Positions 36,823 to 53,425 of a stretch of DNA of 64,000 bases are shown here, one piece after another. Made by a program: the position numbers and the translations under genes. The notes below the pieces were generated by a model. It was not told where the DNA came from. It worked only from the letters and a program-made list of their open reading frames with translations, and made no database searches. The stretch is from Octopus sinensis (taxonomy: Eukaryota): assembly GCF_006345805.1 (NCBI RefSeq), contig NC_043005.1, forward strand, positions 93,186,001 through 93,250,000, read 5' to 3'. How positions within the stretch are numbered: the first letter of the stretch is position 1; every line of letters begins with the position of its first letter.

Positions 36823-38257
36823 CTAAATGTGAATAATTTATATTTGTTTAAATAGTCATGCAGCTAATGTATAGGACAGACTGTTGGCACTCATAAATTG
36901 ATTGTAGCTTTGGTGTGTCACTGAACACGGCATTTAATCCCATTTGTCTTAGATTACTTTAAAGAGAGATAGCAGCATCTTTCTAGAAAAGATGCTTATG
37001 AAAGAAGCATCCATCTTGTTTCATAGCACAGAGACTTGAGCTAAACACTGACTTTCAAATCACATACATTTGTAATGGGACTACTTTATGTACATGAAAG
37101 CTTTACAAATTTTGTTTGTTCATTACCAACTGGATGACATTTCAACATTCACTTGTCCACCATGATGGAAAGGAGGAAGTTGCTTATCAAAATATATAAT
37201 TTTTGATTTCTTTCTTTCAGTAACTTCTGTTTCATGGTTATTTAAGGTTTTGTGTTTCCAAAATTAATATGTTGAAAGGCCTCAAATGTTATTTTATATT
37301 TGAATCACATTCTGTTTTTTTTTTTTTTGATAATTTATTTGCTTTTTTCATTGATAGTGTTGTATTTTTGTTATGTATTTATATTTCTTATTTAGAAAAA
37401 AACGAATTGTTATGTATGTCCGTATGAATATTTGTATGTGAATTTGTTCATATTTATTGTGAAATTTGAAATAGGATTCCTTTTTTATATGTAATAGGTT
37501 TTCTCTTCTTTTTACAAACAAAACAAAAAAAGTAAAACAAAACCAAAAAAAAAAAAGGATCTGCTTATTATTTTGTTTTGGTTTTCAAGAATTGTAAACT
37601 TCAAGCAGCAGATGTTATTACTGGCAGGCAGACATTCTCATACAACATTATTTAAATCTTCATTTAATTATTTCAACAATGTGTGGCTTAAGCCATAATT
37701 GGTTTCATTTTTATTTTAATCATTAAGAAAGAAGGGAGGACATTCCTCCATATTCACATCAGAAGGGTGGTAGGAAGAGGAAAGTGGTTTAATTAGGGAT
37801 CTTATAAATAGTGTTTCTGTCTTCCATGATAGAAAGATAAGTTCGTTTAGTTTTAAAGAGCCAAAATCACTCCTATACATATGTTTGTTTGTGGATTGGC
37901 TCTTCAAATTGCTAAAATGTAAGAATGATTACAAATGGCAGGTGTCTTAAGTAATTTGAAGAGATGCGAATGATGTGGGAAAATCATAGATTAAGTTAGC
38001 TGAATCCATTTCTGCTGTTTTTAAATGGAATTTTCTGTAAAATTGATTAGTCCAATACTGAATGTGTGTGTGTGTGTAGATATATATAGATATATACTTC
38101 TCGTATCTGAAATGTGCTTTAATATGTTAACAGTAAGTAGGAATCATATTATTCTATAAACCTTCATTAATGGTAAGCAAGATTTATTTTCAATTATGTC
38201 TTTGGTGCAGACTACTATAACATTTCTTCACTTAAATTAAACATCTTCACAAGAAGC

Positions 38258-38302
<45 letters not shown>

Positions 38303-41300
38303 ATATATATATATTTATCAATTAAGGATAACTTCTTAATAAGGAATATTGTCCCTCTTAGTGTGAGGCATTTATGTGTAATAATGCCCTCTATATATAT
38401 ATATATATAAACATAATGTCACAACCTTTAACATCCCCCTTCTTAACTTAAACATGACAACACATATTTCACTTTAAAGACTAATTATTGAAGCAAGTTG
38501 AGAATAAATGTGTAACAATAATGGAACTTAAGCATCAGTAATAATCCAGTTATTCCAAGTTGAGTAAATATCATCGAAGCTTAATAAGGAAGTGAGCTCG
38601 TTGGTCACCTGGATAGGAAGACAAATGTCAAGGAAGACTACTTCACTTGTACATTTGTTTACATTTTTCAGATGCTTACTTAAATAAAGAACTGCTTGAT
38701 ACACAAATGTATTTGTGAGCATCTGTGCAAATATATATATATATATAAATGTGTGTGTAGGTACATTTGTGTATGATGTGTATGTGTGTGTATATAATAT
38801 TGTTTCATATGTGTTTGCTTTTTGTTTGGTGTTCTAGTTTGTGTGTTGATGTACCCCACTTGTTAGTTTTATATTTTGTTAGTGATTCCCATTCCTGCAG
38901 ATGAACACTTGTAGTTGTGTTTTATTACCCTAGGTTCAGTTTTGTAGTATTCCTTGTCAACCCACCCACCCCTTCACTAGTACCTAGTAGTGTTCTTTGT
39001 TTTGTTTCTTTTTTGTTGTCAGTAAAGTTTTTCATGCATGAATCTGTTTTATTTTAATGTTTAAGTGTTATACATATTATTTAAGAAATAGATTACAATA
39101 TTCTAGTATTTCAGAAATATCTTAAATAAAAGAGAATAGGTAAGGGAGAAGTTCAGATAGATATGAAAACAAAATTACCACACACACACTCTAGAATAAC
39201 TTGCCAATAGCAACATATTTCAAAATTTTTTGATTATTTTCTTCTATTTGAAAAGGGGAACTTTTTCCAAAATATTATTAAATCATTAAGCAACCTATGT
39301 AAAGTAATACAATATCTTTTCACTTTGTTTTCATTCATTCACATAACCTTACATATTTTGCCTAACACCCCACTAGCACTGCACATAGATTAAAAAAAAA
39401 AATTTTAAAGTATTTATCTCATTTATTAAAATTTTTAATTTTCAGATATCTGGGTAATTGATTTTAGATGAACAATTGTTCACATATTAATAGAATTAGT
39501 AATAAGCAATATTTAGTAAAAACAGAAATTGTTAAAAACTTTTTGAAATCTTAAAATTGTTTGGTCTGAATCCAATTGAAGATCCTACTGGATATTTACC
39601 GTTTCCAAGTACTAAAAATAATTTGGTTTATTCTGTTTAAAATTTTTTCACATCAGTAGATCATCTTTCTTTATCTACAATTTTAATATTATTTTACGGG
39701 ATGACAAGCACAAAATATTGCTAACCAATATTATTTTTAGAGAGATTGCTTTTGTTATAGTTGTTTCTTTATCTTTTCGGCTGCCAACCAATATCACTTC
39801 CCTATGTTCGAATGGAATTTCCCAGAAACATGTGATTTTCTGCAGAACATTTACTTCTGGGTATTGGACTGAAAGTAACTAAAAGCTAATGCTTAATGTA
39901 TGTTTGTCATTAATATACATCTTGTTTAGAAAATATGTTCTTGCCTAAAAGCAGAGTCAGGTTTCTTTTAGTTATGCAAAACTGAATAACATGTTTTTCC
40001 CTTTTCCTCCTTGTTACATTCAAGTTTAATTCAAGTTCTTGATCTATTTTGAAATGGGAAGTGATATTAGACATACTTTCATAATGAAACCCCTACATGG
40101 TTAAAGGCTGGAACAACAATTTTCAGTTTCAAATGACACCAGTAACCAATCTTTGTTTAATATAGTATTCAATTATGAAGTTACATCCTTTTTAGCTTCA
40201 ATTCGAGCTATTAATGCAATTTCCTTTTTCTAAGGGCTTAGGCCATTTCATAAAATTTTGTACCTGTTCTTAATCCCTTCTTGTTTATAATTTCTTGACC
40301 CCGAGTAGTTTTTATTATGAAATTAGTTTGAGTCTCATTTGCTCATTAAACATTTAACCAAGTGAGCTGAATTCTTTGTCTTGATGAATAAATCAAGCCA
40401 TATCTTCAACCTTGATTAAATCATTCAAAAGACTACTTTGTTCTCGATGTTCCCCTCTGCTTTTGCAGTCTTACTTAAACTTTGTAATATCTGGTTGTTA
40501 AGAAAATGATATCCTTCAAAATTCACAATGATAATATGAAGCAATGTGGTTTAATGCTTTCCAAACTTCCAATTCTACTCCTCTGTCTCCAGTCTTTTTC
40601 CAATAACTTATTATTGATTTCTTTTATTTCTTTTGGCTTTAGGAAGGGCATCCAGCCGTAGAAACACTGCCAAATCTGACTGGGCCTGATGAAGCCTTCC
40701 AGCTTCACAGACCCCAGTTAAACCGTCCAACCCATGCTAGCATGGAAAGCGGACGCTAAATGATGATTATTTTGATTTTTATTAGAAACTCTAAAGAACA
40801 GTGTTTGATTATGTCTTGAGAATTTCTTTAGCAAGAACAAAGCACTTTCTCTTTTCCTTCCATGTTCTTTTTCTGAAAGACAGAGTACCAAATCCTGCTC
40901 TGCAAACCTTCCAATACACTCCACTGTTTTTGGCTTCTTACTTTGAATAAGAGATTGGATACGAGCAATTTTTAGAAGAAGTCATATTTTCTGTGTGACT
41001 GGATTGAACTTTTATTTTCAGTTCAGTTCATATTCACAGAAGATTTCATTTATACTTTGGATCCAGTTGTCCCCTATTGCAAATGAAAGGAATATACCAA
41101 ACGGCTAATTTTGCATTGTCCCAAACCTTTAGTTGCCAAAAATGAAGTTGGAAGTCTTCAGCTTTTAGATGACAGTATATTGTTGGTATCTTATTGATTC
41201 CTGGAAGATTGAAAGGCAAGATTAAGATAAGTAGCATTTAAACTCAAACCTGTGATGTATTTAACTAGAAATTATAAATCGCAAACAGTCCAATACATCC

Positions 41301-41646
41301 CTAACACATTATGATAACTTTACAACCTTGGGAATCTTGATGATTAATTATACAAATAAATTAAATTGATTTTGATTTTATTCTTCTGTTGGTGCATATG
41401 TGGTGGGGGTGTATGCAGTTGAATATGTCTTTGTTTGTGGACAGCGATTCTGTTGACAGTATATGTTAGGCTGTTTTGTTTGGTCTCTGCAAAGAACCAC
41501 TTAGCAATTTGGGGCTTGGAATTAGGCACCTTAGTTTTAATATGTTAAATTCAATATGGCATTTTGCTTCTCTGCATAGTAGATTGTTGGTAGAAATAAA
41601 ACTTAGATAAGTCATCTAAAGGTGTATCTTGTAGTGAATACAGCTA

Positions 41647-41863
41647 CAAGGGGTCGCTGGAAAGTTCCTAGCTTTGGGTAAAAGAAAATACAGGAGGATC
41701 AGTTAATTATGATTTCATTCAACATATTCCCCTCTTAGATTTACATACTTATTGCAGTGGTCCTTCAGTTTTTCTAAATCTTGTAAAAGAACTTGGAATG
41801 TTGGACCTCAAACCAGGTCTTTTGTGATACTCTTAAAGCCAGAAACTTTTCAGCACCCCCTTG
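41647..41863. mobile_element. Tc1/mariner-derived MITE, copy 2
   Basis: TA|caaggggtcgctggaaagttcctagcttt ... aaagccagaaacttttcagcacccccttg|TA; TIRs of about 30 bp with TA target duplication. Confidence 0.9.
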
Positions 41864-43164
41864 TATATGGCTTGCAATATAGGGGATTAAAACTTTTTAG
41901 AGGGGTAAAAGTCTGCATGTTATCTATGAGACCTAAACAATGTTGGTGGTCTTCAGACTGTGTTCCATCCTGATAACTTTTGACCCAATATATTACAAGC
42001 TATAGTAGCTGTACCCTCTTCAAGATACACCAATAAATGATTTAGTTGTATATTTCTCAAGACCTCTACATATATATTTCTAACTGTAAACAGATAGAAT
42101 TGAACCGGCTTCTATGTTGGACTCTAGAAAAACTTAGGCCTTAGCAAAAACCTGCCATGTGTTGTTTACTTGATGTCTGTCTGTACACCTTCCTCTGTAC
42201 ATTTTGTGTGTCTGTGTTGACAACATTTCTAATTGGTTGTATCTCGTCAAGTCAGTGCTCATCAGTGTTTATTGTTGTACCTTTGGCCAAGACAGTTAGG
42301 TTTGTTTCATTTATTCTATTTTAATATATTTTTTAATGAAGTTATTATGACATTTAGTTTTACAGCTTTCATTTCAATTACATTTCTGTTTTTATTCATT
42401 TTTTCTTTTAAATATATTTAAGATCCTTGTGAGCATGGCATTTATTGTTTCACTTATTGTGTGTTATTTTTCAACCCTAAATTTACTTGCATGCTCAAAA
42501 GCATGAAGCAGTGTGTGTGTGCGCGTGTGTGTGCGCGTGCATGTGTGCATACCTGTATTTAGATTTGTGTGTAATTTATTTCATTGATGCTGTTGGGTTA
42601 GCATGTTACAGAAAAGCTGCTTTTTTATTTCCTGTTCCAAGAATTTTGTTTTTATTTTTTTGTCTTTTTTTTTTTAGTATTTTGCAAAACTGGCTCTGTT
42701 GCAGTATTGTGCCTGCTACTTTGTTTTAGAATTAAAAAAAAAATCAGTTGAGTTTTCCTAAAGGTTAACTTACTTGCATGTCCCTAAAAATTTGCTAACA
42801 TTGAATCTTGTTAAACAATCTCCAACTCCTCCAACCAATTTTGCTGTTGTTGTACTTGACTCTGCATTATATACACCAACAAATACACATGCACAGATGT
42901 GCGCACACACACACACATGTGCATGAATGTGTACTTTTCTTTTCTATTCCAACTGTTGATTTGCAACAAGTAAGAGAGGAATATTAAATTGTACCCGTCT
43001 TGTGAGCCGTGTCAGTCGGCCTGCAAAACCTGTGTGTACAAACCTTTCCTCCAGACCAATAAGAAAGAATATTTGTGTTAGACTCCTCAGTTTGCATATT
43101 CATGTATACGAGACTTGTTTCCTTGTCAGAAATAATGGTATGGGGAAATATTAATAATAATAAT

Positions 43165-43585
43165 AATCCTTTCTACTATAAGCACAAGGCCTGAAATTTG
43201 GGGGGAGTGGGGGGGGCTAGTCAATTATATCAACCCCAGCGTTTAACTGGCAAAAGTAGTCAACCTCACCACAGTTTGAACTCAGAATGCGTAAGTCAGA
43301 GCTTAGGACAAAATGTCCTGCAATACTTCTAATTAACGATTCTGCCAATCTCAAAAAAAAAAAAATGATTTCAAATTTCAGCATAAGGCCTGAAATTTGG
43401 AGGGGCGGGGGGACTAGTCAATTACATCAACCCCAGTGCACAACTGGTATTTATTTTATTGACCCCAAAAGGACGAAAGGCAAAGTTGACCTTGGTGGCA
43501 TTTGAACTCAAGAACGTAAAGACGAATTAAATGCCACTAAGCATTTTGCCTGGCATGCTAATGCTTCTGCCAGTTCGCTGCCTTA
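43165..43585 (-). mobile_element. Two tandem SINE copies (second family)
   Basis: Two reverse-complement copies, about 43165-43350 and 43365-43585. Confidence 0.8.
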
Positions 43586-43604
43586 ACAAAAGTAATAAGA
43601 AGAA

Positions 43605-43962
43605 GAAGAGCAGTCAGAGAGTGCAAACACCAGCATCCTCTCGGCGATTATCCAGAGATGATTTTTAAAATGAGAATATCTGAAATAAACTCAACTGCTC
43701 TCACTAACAGGAATACTGAAAATAAACCCAACTGCTCCAAAAAATTAAGTAAAAAAAAAACAGGAAAAAATAATCCAGAATCCTTGTCTGGTACATGATT
43801 GATCCCAAAACCTAATCAGTTTGTGCCAGTCATGAGGCCAAAACATCCCTGAAAGTTTCATCTGAATCCATCCAGTGGTTCTTGAGATATCTTGTCCAAG
43901 GACAAACAACAAACAAACACTACTGGAAACAATACCCCTGCCTTTGCTAAGGTGGTGGTAAT
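43605..43962. mobile_element. Helentron/DINE-like non-autonomous element
   Basis: gagcagtcagagagtgcaaac start; gaaagtttcatctgaatccatccagtggttcttgagatatc body; aaac microsatellite; terminal aacaatacccctgcctttgctaaggtggtggtaat hairpin-type end. Confidence 0.55.
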
Positions 43963-45389
43963 ATCGAAAGAGATGTGGGATCATGTTTCCTTTGAGACAT
44001 TAGTTGCATAATTGAAGTTAGTTTGTATTTTTTTAAGAATTACTCGAAGTTTATTTCTTGTTATACTCAACAAGTTACATGTGTACATATAGACTTGACA
44101 CTAGGCCAACTCATCCCATATCGACGACAAAATGAAAGAAGAAAATTAAATCAGTCCATTACTGTACTCCTACTGTACATTATGTAAAAGCATTTCATAC
44201 ATTAAGAGCAAAAACTATAAAGCAGTGTATAATACCAATGACCTTCTCTGTATCCAACTGTGACTTATGTAGTATGAGTCTCATCACACTGAAGTTGTAG
44301 GCAATAATATTGATTGTCAGTAATAAATATTCAAATTATCATTCAAATTGAGATTGTCCTATTTGCACACTCTCTAATCTGTCTTCTATCCTTTCACAAT
44401 TCAGTCTCTTTTTTTTCTTTTTTTTTCCCCCTTTCTTACTCTGGGAATTACTGATAGGAGATCAATCTTTAACATTAAATTCAAGATTCTAAAAATTTGT
44501 GTTCCTTATTTTATCCCAACAAATTAAACAAATATTTTTGTTTTAAATTTTAAAAAAAGCATTTTTATAATTCTTTCATTTTTATCATTATTCTCTTTGC
44601 TATTGTTATTGTTATTTCATAATTGAAGACTAAGTTTTAGTAAAGTGACAGTTAAGTTCTTCAAAAAATGGAATTTCCATCTTAATTGGGATTTGCTTCA
44701 ATCATATTCTAAATTTCTTGGGAAACGGTTGAATTCCATAAATTTCAATCATAACCCTTTGTATTCCTTAGGGGGACAAATCATTATTAATATTATTTTC
44801 TTGTATTAATATTATTTTATTGTCCATTGTCTATCACTGTTTTATTTTGGTTTCATGGAGGTGTTAGTCTAAACCAAAATAGGAATTAAAATGAAAAATA
44901 AGTTCCTCTGGTGTGATATTGATGTTTAGCATGTGATATTATCTCTGTTGTTATTTTGTAATGAGCTGCAAGATGTGTTGACTTTCAAATAATCTGAGCC
45001 CCTGACAGTCTTTCAAATTATATTCTATACTTCAGATTCATTGTTACTAAAGATTTTTTATCATAATGAGAATTATCTGGATTATTGAACTGTTAAATCT
45101 ATTTCTATTTAGATCATCCATTTTTGCTTTCACTCATTCAGTTGGGCAGTTATTTGCTTTCGGTTGGTGCATTTCATGGATGGTTGCACATTTCATTATT
45201 TTACAGTCCATTGCACATTGCACTTATAGCTGTTATAATCCATCAAGTTCTGGCAGATATTTTCTTTTTTATTGATTTTTTATAGAATGACTGATCACGT
45301 CAGAGATTTATCAACAATCTTTTAATTCTTGACAAGTTGGATAAATTTTTTTTGTACATCTTTTGGGCTTAAATTACATGTAAATATCC

Positions 45390-45880
45390 TTACTAAAGAA
45401 GTGGCCTGGACTCTATAGAAGAACTGTGTCACTTCTTAGACATTACCATGTAATTTTACATCATCAATATAAAGCATCATATTCTGAGGAATGTGGAGGG
45501 GTTCTTTGATTTGGAAAAAGTAATTTCAGGCCAGAAATCTTTGAAACTTACCAGAGCCCCATCCCTGCAATTAGGCAGTGCCAGGTGAGCCCACTCTAAA
45601 TGATTTTCATCATAGAAAATTGGCTGCCAATCCAGCAGATTGTTCCTACTTGTCTGTGTGAAATAGCCAGGCTATGGCATCCAGCTGGTGGTTTGCAAGG
45701 ATCTAACAACTGCAGATCACACCTACCAGAACTGCCTGCCAGAACTGAAAATGGTTTGTGCTACAAGTGAAAGCCAGGTAACAAATGAACAATATTCCAG
45801 ACGTTTGAGTGTGAAGAAACAAAAGGAATTCCTGTTCATTGAGATGAAAGACCAACCTCTAGCAATTTCTCAATAGAGGG
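45390..45880 (+). mobile_element. Possible piggyBac transposase relic
   Basis: Fragmentary frames ..CHFLDITM*FYI.. and ..LCYK*KPGNK*TIFQTFECEE.. resemble the piggyBac C-terminal region; heavily decayed. Confidence 0.3.
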
Positions 45881-47052
45881 CACTACTGCACTACTGCTAT
45901 TAATAAACAAGCAGCACAGCAACAGCACAATGTGGCTCTGTCAGTGTATTTATAGTGACATTTTTAGTTTAATCAAATGTTTTATAATATAGAAAATACT
46001 TGCAATTGGTAAGTAGTGAAATCAGTCCTTGTAAGTTAACCCTAAGAAAACTACAGTCCTTTCAGTTAACCCCAAGAAAACTACAGCAATAATTTCTCAA
46101 CTAGCATTGTGGAAGATACATGGTTATTTTCAAGGTAGTTTTCTTTTACAAGCAAATGTGCATCTTCCATGCTGCAAAATACAATGATTTGTTTTGAGAC
46201 TTTTAGGGTTGTTGTTATCATCATCATCATCATTGTTTAACGTCCGCTTTCCGTGCTAGCATGGGTTGGACGATTTGACTAAGGACTGGCGAAACAGATG
46301 GCTGCACCAGGCTCCAATCTGATCTGGAAGAGTTTCTACAGCTGGATGCTCTTCCTAACACTAACCAGTCCAAGAGTGTAGTGGGTGCTTTTACGTGCCA
46401 TAAAAAGGGCCCAACAGGTTTTTAAAAGTTCCTTAGTTTGGGGTTAGCACTTAACAGAAATGATAAAAGTAGTAAGAGCCAGATTTTCTAAAATAAACCA
46501 TTCCTTATTTGTACATTGTTTACTGTTAGAATTCTGGTTCTATTAGAATTAAATGAGTGCTTCACTTTTGTTTGCCATTTTCCTCATTCAAAGTAGTTGT
46601 ACCACCTCCAAGAGGCAGTGTTATCAAGCATTATTTTCTCTATCATTGAATTGGTTCTCGAACACAGACAAACCAGTACAGTCTTCCTTTGATTTCACAA
46701 CATTTTATCATTGTTTTGATATGTCTGTGATTTAAGTATCTCAATAACAGTTGGCAGACATGAGGCTATTTAATTTAAAGCTTTGATGTTGCCTCTATCC
46801 TTTCTTAATAGATAAATTATACCTTTAATAAATTGACTTGGTATTTCAGTTCATAAATAAAGACATTACTGAAAGCACTTGTGAGATACTTAATGCAAAC
46901 TGCATTTTGGTTCTGTCCAGATATTTTGAATTTTATGAGGTTTTTCTTTCTTTAGACATGTGAAGGCAGCTGATTTAATCTTTTGAAAGATCCCTTACCA
47001 GTTCCTATGTCGAGGTTTTCTGTTTCAGTTTGTCACTACTAGGTTTACTTTA

Positions 47053-47193
<141 letters not shown>

Positions 47194-47767
47194 ATTGTCA
47201 ACTAAGGTTTCAACTTGTATTTTACCAATGTTTAGTGCTGTATAAATATTGGGTTTGACAATGTTTTGTTTTGTCAGAAAAACGTTAAACACATTTTGCA
47301 GTATTTCAGATTATGTGTTTGCATTATTGGTTTTCTTCAATGTCTCCAGGTTCTGTTTGATCATAGACTTCCATCATGGTTGTGTTAATATTTGTTTTGC
47401 TCTTCACTAAATTTCACAGTTTCTGTGTATGAGGGTAGTTTCAAAGTTATTTTGTTTACCATTTTCAGAATTGAGTTCTTTAGGTTTTAGGTTTTTGCTT
47501 TCAACTTGGTTTTAAAACATTGAAATAAATTGCACTTGGGTCTGTCTGTCTTTTGAACTAATGATAAGCTTTTGGTTATTCATTGCTGGCATCTGGTGTG
47601 ACTTATTTCAGTGCTTTGCAAGATTCATGTGGAATCTTTTTGGTTCTTAAATTATGTTATAAATCTCTTATTATATTTCTTCTTAATGACTTGTCATTAA
47701 AGCAAATACAGTTTTCACCTCCCACTGTTGGGATATTTTCTTAACTGTAAAGAAGTTTTGATGAGGT

Positions 47768-49343
<1,576 letters not shown>

Positions 49344-49648
49344 TTGGTGGACAGTATTTTGTTGAAGGAAGTTTATACAGCGACTGAGTTAGGTCTGGTT
49401 TCAATCCCCTTCTGGGACCACTTCACTTCTGGCACTGAATTCCCTTAAAAGAAACATGAATGCCTTAATTTCTAGATATATCTTCTGTAGAACTCTACAG
49501 ATTTATTAAAGAAGTCTTCAGCAGCAACTGCAACATTTTTTTTTTCTTCTAATCAAAATCCTTAATTATCATCATCACCAATAACTAATGCAACAATAGC
49601 ATCATCATCATCATCAACTGCAGCAACAACAGATATTAGTCAAATTTC

Positions 49649-49680
<32 letters not shown>

Positions 49681-49887
49681 TTACTCACACACACAGACAC
49701 ACACACACACTCACATATAATGGAGCATTTTTTTGGATTATACAAAAAAAAAAGAGAGAAAAAACTTTCAAAATCTGGTTTTAGTAAACTGCCGGTCCAC
49801 TTGTAGGTGTTGGCCATATTGTTCCTCCTGATGCTGCTTCTGAGGTGTGTCGGTTAGTGTCTTATTTCCTTTTCTTCAAATTTCCAG

Positions 49888-49974
49888 CATATACGACAGG
49901 CTGTGTTACAACGAGCTGGCAGCAAGAGTCATATGGAGAATGTTGATGAGGAAACCGAAGTTAAAATAGCCCAG
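49888..49974 (+). CDS. HDAC4: HDAC4-like exon: HIRQAVLQRAGSKSHMENVDEETEVKIAQ
   Basis: ttcctttttcttcaaatttccag-type acceptor|CATATA ... GCCCAG|gtagat; 87 nt, phase 0-0. Confidence 0.9.
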
Positions 49975-50014
49975 GTAGATAGAGAACACAATAATCACCT
50001 ATTCTTTTCACTTA

Positions 50015-50024
50015 GTGGATTTAT

Positions 50025-50069
<45 letters not shown>

Positions 50070-50257
50070 TATATATTTGTGCACATACTTGTATATATAT
50101 ATGTATGTATGTATTTGTGCACATACTTGTATGTATATGTATATATATACACATGTATTTGTGCACATACTTTTATATGTATATATATGCTCATATTTGC
50201 ATATACCTGTGTATATGTGGATATAGATGTGTATATATACTCATATTTGCATATACC

Positions 50258-50327
<70 letters not shown>

Positions 50328-50352
50328 ATATATATAATATATATATATATAT

Positions 50353-50387
<35 letters not shown>

Positions 50388-50408
50388 ATATAATATATAT
50401 ATAATATA

Positions 50409-50447
<39 letters not shown>

Positions 50448-50671
50448 TATATATAATATAATATATATATAATATAATATATAATATATATATTATATAA
50501 TATATATATATATATAATTATATATAATATATATATATTAATATATATATATAATATATATATATATATAATATATATAATATATATAATATATATTATA
50601 TATATATATATATATATAATATATATATATAATATATATATATTATATAATATATATATATAATAATATAT

Positions 50672-50719
<48 letters not shown>

Positions 50720-50872
50720 TAATATATATATATATATAATATATATATAATATAATATATTATAATATATATATTATAATATATATATAATATATATATA
50801 TAATAATATATTATAATATATATATATATATAATATATATATATAATATATATATATATATGTATATATATA
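50015..50872. repeat. Low-complexity TA-type satellite; 50264-50861 contains only A and T
   Basis: Directly visible; preceded by degenerate units containing tttgtgcacatac (x3) and ctcatatttgcatatacctgtgt (x2). Confidence 0.97.
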
Positions 50873-51583
50873 GCTGATAGAACATTTGTCTTTTCAACTA
50901 AAAAAAAAAGCTCTCGTGCACTCTATCTCCACTGCCACCACCACCTACTTGTTAAAGGGATCTGTTATCAAGAACCAACTCTTGTGTGTTAAATATTTTT
51001 TTGAAATGGAAATTCTTATAAAGAAACAAATGCAATAAAGACACAAAAATTATGACCACCTTTTGTTTATATATATATATTTTTTTATTCTGTTCCAATT
51101 TTATTACTCTCTTCAAAAACAAACCACTTTTTACTTCCCTTCTTGTCATTTTCTTTCTTCGATGCTGGATCTTGAGGCTGTTAGTTTTGCATTCAAAGAC
51201 CTTGCTTCACTTTCACTGACCTCTGCTACTTCCATTCTTCTCTTGTTGTCAAGCTTCCATGTTTGACCTCTATTGCTCCCCTCCCTCACCTTCTTTATTC
51301 CCCACCACCACCACACCTGTCTAATTACATCTAATGAAGTTCTCAACTTGCCTATTTATGCTTCTTAACTAATTCTAAATGCAATGCTGATTTCAGTCTT
51401 TTTTTTCCCCTGCTCATCGTTGTTAGTAGACTGGCTCTGATTAATACTAACGCCTTTGCAATTAACCTACGAATGTCTCTAGAAAAGAGTTTGCAGCATT
51501 TTGGTTTTCATTTTGTTGTTTATATTTGTTATTTCTCTCTCGCTCAAATTTCAGTTATTCTTTCTATCTCTCTCCCTCTTATT

Positions 51584-51655
<72 letters not shown>

Positions 51656-52724
51656 CCCCCTGATGTTTCCCATTCTAGTTTCTATTATCTCTGTCTTCCT
51701 TTTTAACTTTACATTTCATGTGCAGCTGCCCCACCATCGCCTTCATCATTAGCTTATCAGTTTTGGTTGTGGTAAATTTCTTGAATGCCTCTTCTACATG
51801 TGGTGAATTCATTATTAGAATTTGTGTTTAATATCAAGAGATTGTAATAATGAAGAATTGGTAAGAACTAGTGGTGCACCCACCTAATTAATCACCTTGC
51901 GGGATTTAGCTGTGTGGCCCCTACATCCAACACTTCAATATCAATAAGGCTGGAGACCTGAAAAGCAAACGAATAGATTGCTTCCTGTAAAGAATGCAAT
52001 TTATTTTTAGATCTCCCTCTCTTGAGAATGGGATGAAGGCATCTATTGGAGAACCTCATGGAGCTCAGAAACATTCAAAATTCATTGATGATAAACCTTA
52101 ACAAAAAGGACATTCTCCTTAAAACATATTTGCATCACTATTACCACTGTATTTTCATTTCGGTTCCTCACATCACTTTGAGATTCAGTAAGTAATGCAT
52201 GAGGAATTGTTTCTTTAGAAGTTACTTAACATTGTTAACAATGCTACATAAAGTATTTTCTGTATCACTCATCCTGGACATATTTCGAGATTTGTTACCT
52301 GTGTATAAGCCTCTCTAATAAACTCCTAGCCTCAGTTTGTTAGTATCTTCCAACCTGATGGGTTGTATTTAGCTTATAGATGTGCAACTTCTATGCTTTA
52401 TTACTGAGCGAATTCTGTCTCTAGAGTTATCATTTAAGCTACTACGTTATCATCTTCTTTGCTTTAACATCCATTTTTCCTGCTTCTGTCCGATGGAATT
52501 CATCGAGAAACATAGATTTTCTACAGCTGAATGCCACCAGTCCGCACCCGTTTCTAAGCAAAGTAATATTCCCCCATCCCTGACATTTTTCCTTTTTTTT
52601 TCTTTTCCATTGAAGACTGGAAATGAAGACCATAGCTTGACAGTGATGCTCTTGGCAACTAGTATGATGTGAAGACAAAAGAACAATCACAGATTTTGAA
52701 ATGGTTAACTACAATAGTGATCGT

Positions 52725-53425
52725 CATTGTCGTCATCATATGGCATGGTTTGGACGGTTTGACTGGAGCTGGTAAGGGTTAGGGGTCACACCTGGCTCCA
52801 TTGTCTGTTCTGGCATGGCTTCTATGGCTGGACGTCCTTCATAACACCAACCATTCCATTGAGTGTGCTTTTAACATGGCACCAGCACTGGTACCAATTG
52901 CTGCTGTGGCAGGTGGGTCTCTTTGAGTACAGCCATGAGCCAGATATCTTGTTCCTTAGTCATCTCCTCCATAAGGCTCGATGTCTTGAGATCAGCCTTG
53001 ACTACTTTGTCCCGTGTCTTCCTCAGTCTCCCTCTTCTACAAGTTCCATCCACTTTGAATGATCGGCACTTCTGTATGCAACTGTCAACATGCATCTGCA
53101 TCATAAGACCAAACCAGTGCAGTCTCCTCTCTTGCACATTGCATCTGATTCCTCTTGGGTCCAACTTTTCCCTCAATACCCTGGCACTTTGTCGCACATG
53201 TACACTGGCATTGCACATCCAGCATTCTACCTTCGTTCCTCTCTACCCTTCGCATGTCCTGTATTCAGTTCCCATGTCCCACCACCATGTAGAATTGCTG
53301 TCCACACACAAGCATCATACAATCTTCCTTTCACATGGAGAGAAAGAGGGAAACTTTTTGATGCTGGCAGAGATAAAAGCTCTCGAAATTTTCTCCATTC
53401 TCTTGATTGATATAGAGCTGTAGCA
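52725..53425 (-). mobile_element. RTE-clade LINE 3' fragment including 3' UTR and tail
   Basis: Minus frames ..KGRLYDACVWTAILHGGGTW.. and ..VLREKLDPRGIRCNVQERRLHWFG..GTCRRGRLRKT.. Confidence 0.9.

Noticed and set aside
38300-38460. Minus-strand AAGAAGGGGGA-TGT resembling a polypurine tract plus LTR start
   Set aside because: No second LTR, no CA terminus defined, and no gag/pol remnant
46023-46086. About 30-bp tandem duplication; also short repeat-spacer-like patterns elsewhere
   Set aside because: Only two copies, an ordinary slippage product; nothing CRISPR-like and the context is eukaryotic
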